A stretch of 64,000 nt of DNA from Octopus vulgaris (Eukaryota). Each line of letters begins with the position of its first letter. Position 1 is the first letter of the stretch. The notes under the pieces were generated by a model, which saw nothing but the letters and a program-made list of their open reading frames with translations, made no database searches and was not told where the DNA came from. Below, piece after piece: positions 60,172 through 64,000 of this stretch. Made by a program: the position numbers and the translations under genes. The DNA lies in assembly GCA_951406725.2 (NCBI GenBank), contig OX597816.1:92132001-92196000 (forward strand), written 5' to 3'.

Positions 60172-60750
60172 TACATCCATCCATGCTCTTCGTTCACTAT
60201 CCCTGGGAAGGTCATGGTGGTAGAATTCTCAAGTGTCTCCTCCAAAGGGTGCCAAACACGACCATCTGGGACTAGAGATATTATCAAATCACCTCTTTTT
60301 TGGTTTACCCATGGTTTCCGGTCGATTGGCTTGGCTTGAGGAATTTATCTTACGATTCTTTCCTGTAGCAGTCTAATCACATGTCCATAAGAGGGGAGAT
60401 GTGACCTCTCGGTGAGGAGAAGTAGAGGCTCAATTCGGGGATACACACTGATCTCCGTTATACGTACCCTGTCGTGTAGCGTAACTCCAAAGGCCCTTCA
60501 GAGGAAACCCGTTTCAGCTGCCTGTCTTCGCGATTGTTCTCTTTCACTCATTACCCAATATTCATGGCCATAGGTGAGGTCAGACACGAAGACCGAATTA
60601 AAGAAAGAGAGTTTAGCTTATTATTTTTACCAAAGTTTTCTCTTCTGGGGATCGAATGCTGGATTGGCGCATTACTGTACCAGTACCTACCATTCTAGCA
60701 TTCATGTAGGCCTACTACTTTCCATTAGTCGTGAATACTGACCCGAGAGC
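60172..60750 (-). mobile_element. RTE-clade LINE 3' remnant, Rex3/Expander-like, (GGAT)n tail
   Basis: LGSVFTTNGK, AKLSFFNSVFVSDLTYGHEYWVMSEREQSRRQAAETGFL, TLHDRVR, EPLLLLTERSHL..YGHVIR; catccatccat at 60175-60185. Confidence 0.88.
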
Positions 60751-62306
60751 TGAGTTTGATAAACAATAGATCACAGTTTTGTGTTTGTGGATATCTTACC
60801 GTCTATGTAATTCTTCATCTTCATAATTAATTTCTCACCTGCCAGTATACAGCACTTTCAGTATTTTGGAGGCATTCATACGGTTGAATGTAATATATTA
60901 ACACCACAAACCTATTGAAGAAAACCACTTCAGCTCATTGCTCTGGGTTTTCAACAACTATCAGTAATCTCTAGCTGAAAATCCAGATTTTCCTTTACCA
61001 AGAAATTCATATCACATACGTATGTCTATGAATTATAAACCATATATAATAGCCATCGGAAGTTGTTTCAACATAACAAGAACCATTTTAGCATTCATCA
61101 TTAACCACAAACGATGTGTATGACTGATAAATTGTATGAGAGGTGAACCGATTATGGAATATATTACGTATTCACTTAGAAACTGAATCGGACCAATTCA
61201 GCTGAATATAAATATTCATCGTAGACAAGCTGACCAATATGTGCTTGACTAAGGGTGGTGGTTAAAATATACTGCTATGCATCTTAGCAGGGTTTTAAAG
61301 CGCGTTATCTGCAGCGAATGCCATATTTTACATGAGACTATAAAGCCAGCAAAATATACACACTTTAATGGCCAGCAAAAGCCGATATGAAGCGCGGTGG
61401 ACATCAAAAGAAGAAATGATATATAGCTTTCACCTTTTCCTTGTACCAATAATAATGATATAAAACGGGTGGCATTTTATCAAAATAAACTTTTTGATAT
61501 CAATAGGAGAAACTACATTCCGCTTTCTACTCTGGAAACAAATTCTCCAAATTGGCTCGGTAGAAAGAAAGAAATATTTCCGTGGGCAAATTGACTATTA
61601 TGCATGCCTCGTTATCTACTTTAGAAATGTATGAGATAAAGTTAACCTATTTATAAACTATATAATTGCCATTTTTCTTATAGTCTACTATTAGGTTGTA
61701 TTGAACGATTTAGACCGACATTGTGAACAGAAAGTATTTACTTGCATCTGTACTTATATCTGTATCACAAATTAATTCATAATGACCAGATACTTTATTA
61801 ACAGCCAATAATGTCATCGTTTATATTGAATACTTGGATGATTCTGCAATACTTGAGCAATAACCTCTTTCATTTAGCCAACTGGAACGGTGGAACAGAA
61901 ATAGATACAGCATCAGCAAGTAATCAATAACACCACTATCTTTCAGGAAAAAAACTGTCAGTCTCAACAGAATTCTATATTAATGAATATCATTGAAAAT
62001 CATTGAAGCCAAACAAACAGATATTTTACATATAGAAGGTAAACAAAACTTTGAACAAGTTAAATTCCCTTTAAAATTATATAACTTTATTTGAAACAAA
62101 ATGATACGAGCGTTTTCATGGTGTAGACGATAATGTGTATCAAGTGTAATATCATCTGGAGTTTAAATAACGGTAGGCCATGATAGGGAAGTCAATACAG
62201 AATTAGACTAGAATTATTCGAATGAAGCTCATAAAACCTCAAAAAATATTTTGTCGCTTAAAACTGCTGCAGATGGAAATCAACACTGTAAGCAAGCCTG
62301 TGTTTA

Positions 62307-62519
62307 CGATGGGCGCTGAAAAGTTTCTGGATTTAAGGGCATCACAAAAAGCCTGGTTGGAGGCCCAACCTTCTGAGATTTTTTCACTGAGCTTAGAGAA
62401 ACCGAAGGACCGCTGCAATAAGTGTGTGAATCTGAGAGCGGGATATGCTGAATAAAATCATAACTGACCTTCCTGTATATTTTTTTGCCCAAAGCCAGGA
62501 ACTTTTCAGCATCCAATCG
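62307..62519 (+). mobile_element. 213-bp mariner deletion derivative (MITE)
   Basis: TA-flanked TIRs CGATGGGCGCTGAAAAGTTTCTGG / CCAGGAACTTTTCAGCATCCAATCG; retains the transposase C-terminus WLEAQPSEIF..DRCNKCVNLRAGYAE*. Confidence 0.88.
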
Positions 62520-63251
62520 TATACAGGAAGATTAAACAAAACCATATTTGATTCAAGCAATGGTAATAATTATAAGATTGTTCAGTAAGCTGATTTGCTG
62601 CGAACAGGGAAACACTATAACGTTTCATATATCCACCTTTCTTCGGAAAGATATCGAATATATGAGTTTTATCCCCTGAGAAAATAACGAAGTATTGATA
62701 TGGAAAGGTCAATGTGGAGGAAGGAGAAAATATCAGAGTAACATGGAACAGCGTTGTGTATAAAATGTACGATGCAATAAGAAGTCATGTCTGAGAGATA
62801 AATTGTAAAAGGGAATGTACAGTTTGTTACAAGAACCAGAACAGTAGAGATAGGAGTATGGTGGTTGGGATCAGGTTAAATGAATTGGAAGATAAGTGAA
62901 AATGCAAAATAAAAAGAAAACGATGGACATAGGAACACATACTCAATTACGTTGATGAACAGATAAAGGAAGCAACTAAGAGAGGAGAAAGGAAATGGTA
63001 GAGGCGTCTACAAGGTAATTGAGATCTGCAAGAAGTGTTCAATTCCAAAGAAAACAGAAGCTGAGAAGAATATAAAGAATTAAGATTCTGTATAGGATGG
63101 TCAGAATTATGAGGCACAAATGTACTGGGAGTGGTTGGGCAAAAATGTATTGTAGCTTGTAACGAAGATGAGGAGAGAAAGTAGGCTGTAAATGATATAT
63201 AGAATAGTGAACAAGTACAATTAATATAATATTGTACATGCTACATGGCCT

Positions 63252-63560
63252 AGTGGAGGCATGTGGCCTAGTGGTTAGAGCAGCGGACTCGCGGTCGAGG
63301 GATCGGGGGGTTCGAATCTCAGACCGGGCGATGTGTGTGTTTATGACCGAAATACCTAAGCTCCACGCGGCTCCGGCAGAAGGTAATGGCGAACTTCTGC
63401 TGACTCTTTCGCCACAACTTTGTCTTTCTCTCTTTCCTCCTGCATCTAGCAGCTCACCTGCGACGGGCCGGCGTTTCGTCCAGGTAGGGAACCTATACAC
63501 CAATGAAACTGGGAAACAGGCCCTTATGAGCCAGGCATGGCTCAAGAAGGAACAAACCAC
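63252..63560 (+). mobile_element. SINE family D, full length
   Basis: Closely matches 47696-47990; TGGCCTAGTGG is duplicated at the 5' end; flanks TACATG(C/T)TACA. Confidence 0.9.
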
Positions 63561-64000
63561 ATACATGTTACACATAGTGTATGCTGTCACATAGATCAAA
63601 GAATTTGTGGGTTGCGGAACTGACAGCATAAGAAGTAACAATATACAGAAGTTATAATGAAAGTAAATAGGAGGACTCTAGAAAAAAGGAAAATAAGTTG
63701 TTGAGAGGAGGAAAGGTTGGTATCTTTGACACTGTGTGGAAGGGCTAGAATGAAGGACGATATACGTTGATAGATGCGGGGGAAACCTAAGCGAAGAATT
63801 AGTCGATTTATGAAAGGGTTGTTGTTTTAAGATTGATTAACTTGTAGAAGTAATGGCGAATGCTTTATGCAAAAGATATATTGACGTGTCTAAATGTTAG
63901 AGTTGTTGAACTGAATTATAATCAATAGCTTTCTCATTTTCACAAACCCGTCTATGTACAGACACAGAGTATCTAAGACTACAGTGTCCAATGTGCTATT

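Noticed and set aside
63039-63641. 200-aa minus-strand ORF
   Set aside because: Runs antisense through SINE family D and low-complexity flanks.

Overview
AT-rich animal genomic DNA dense in microsatellites and transposon relics, with one 100-N scaffold gap (25267-25366). The SINE repertoire and repeat density suggest a coleoid cephalopod, probably Octopus; this is inferred from my recognition of the repeats, not from a search. There is no intact protein-coding gene, rRNA, true tRNA or CRISPR array, and nearly all long ORFs in the track are translated microsatellites. Recognisable content: four tRNA-derived SINE families (more than 20 copies); three young 3' fragments of a CR1-group LINE set in (TA)n next to a ~1.6 kb (TA)n tract; relics of Penelope-like, R4/Dong-like, RTE and Gypsy retroelements; DD37D (maT) and DD34D (mariner) transposons; and several MITEs or foldbacks. 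One candidate first coding exon of a minus-strand secreted or cell-surface protein lies at about 28620-28831. The most interesting signals are a covarying two-hairpin 3' motif shared by the LINE and a SINE, recurrent foldbacks (several centred on (TA)n), a mariner element made of two left ends, and several hammerhead-ribozyme-like cores. I found no convincing evidence of a wholly new biological system.
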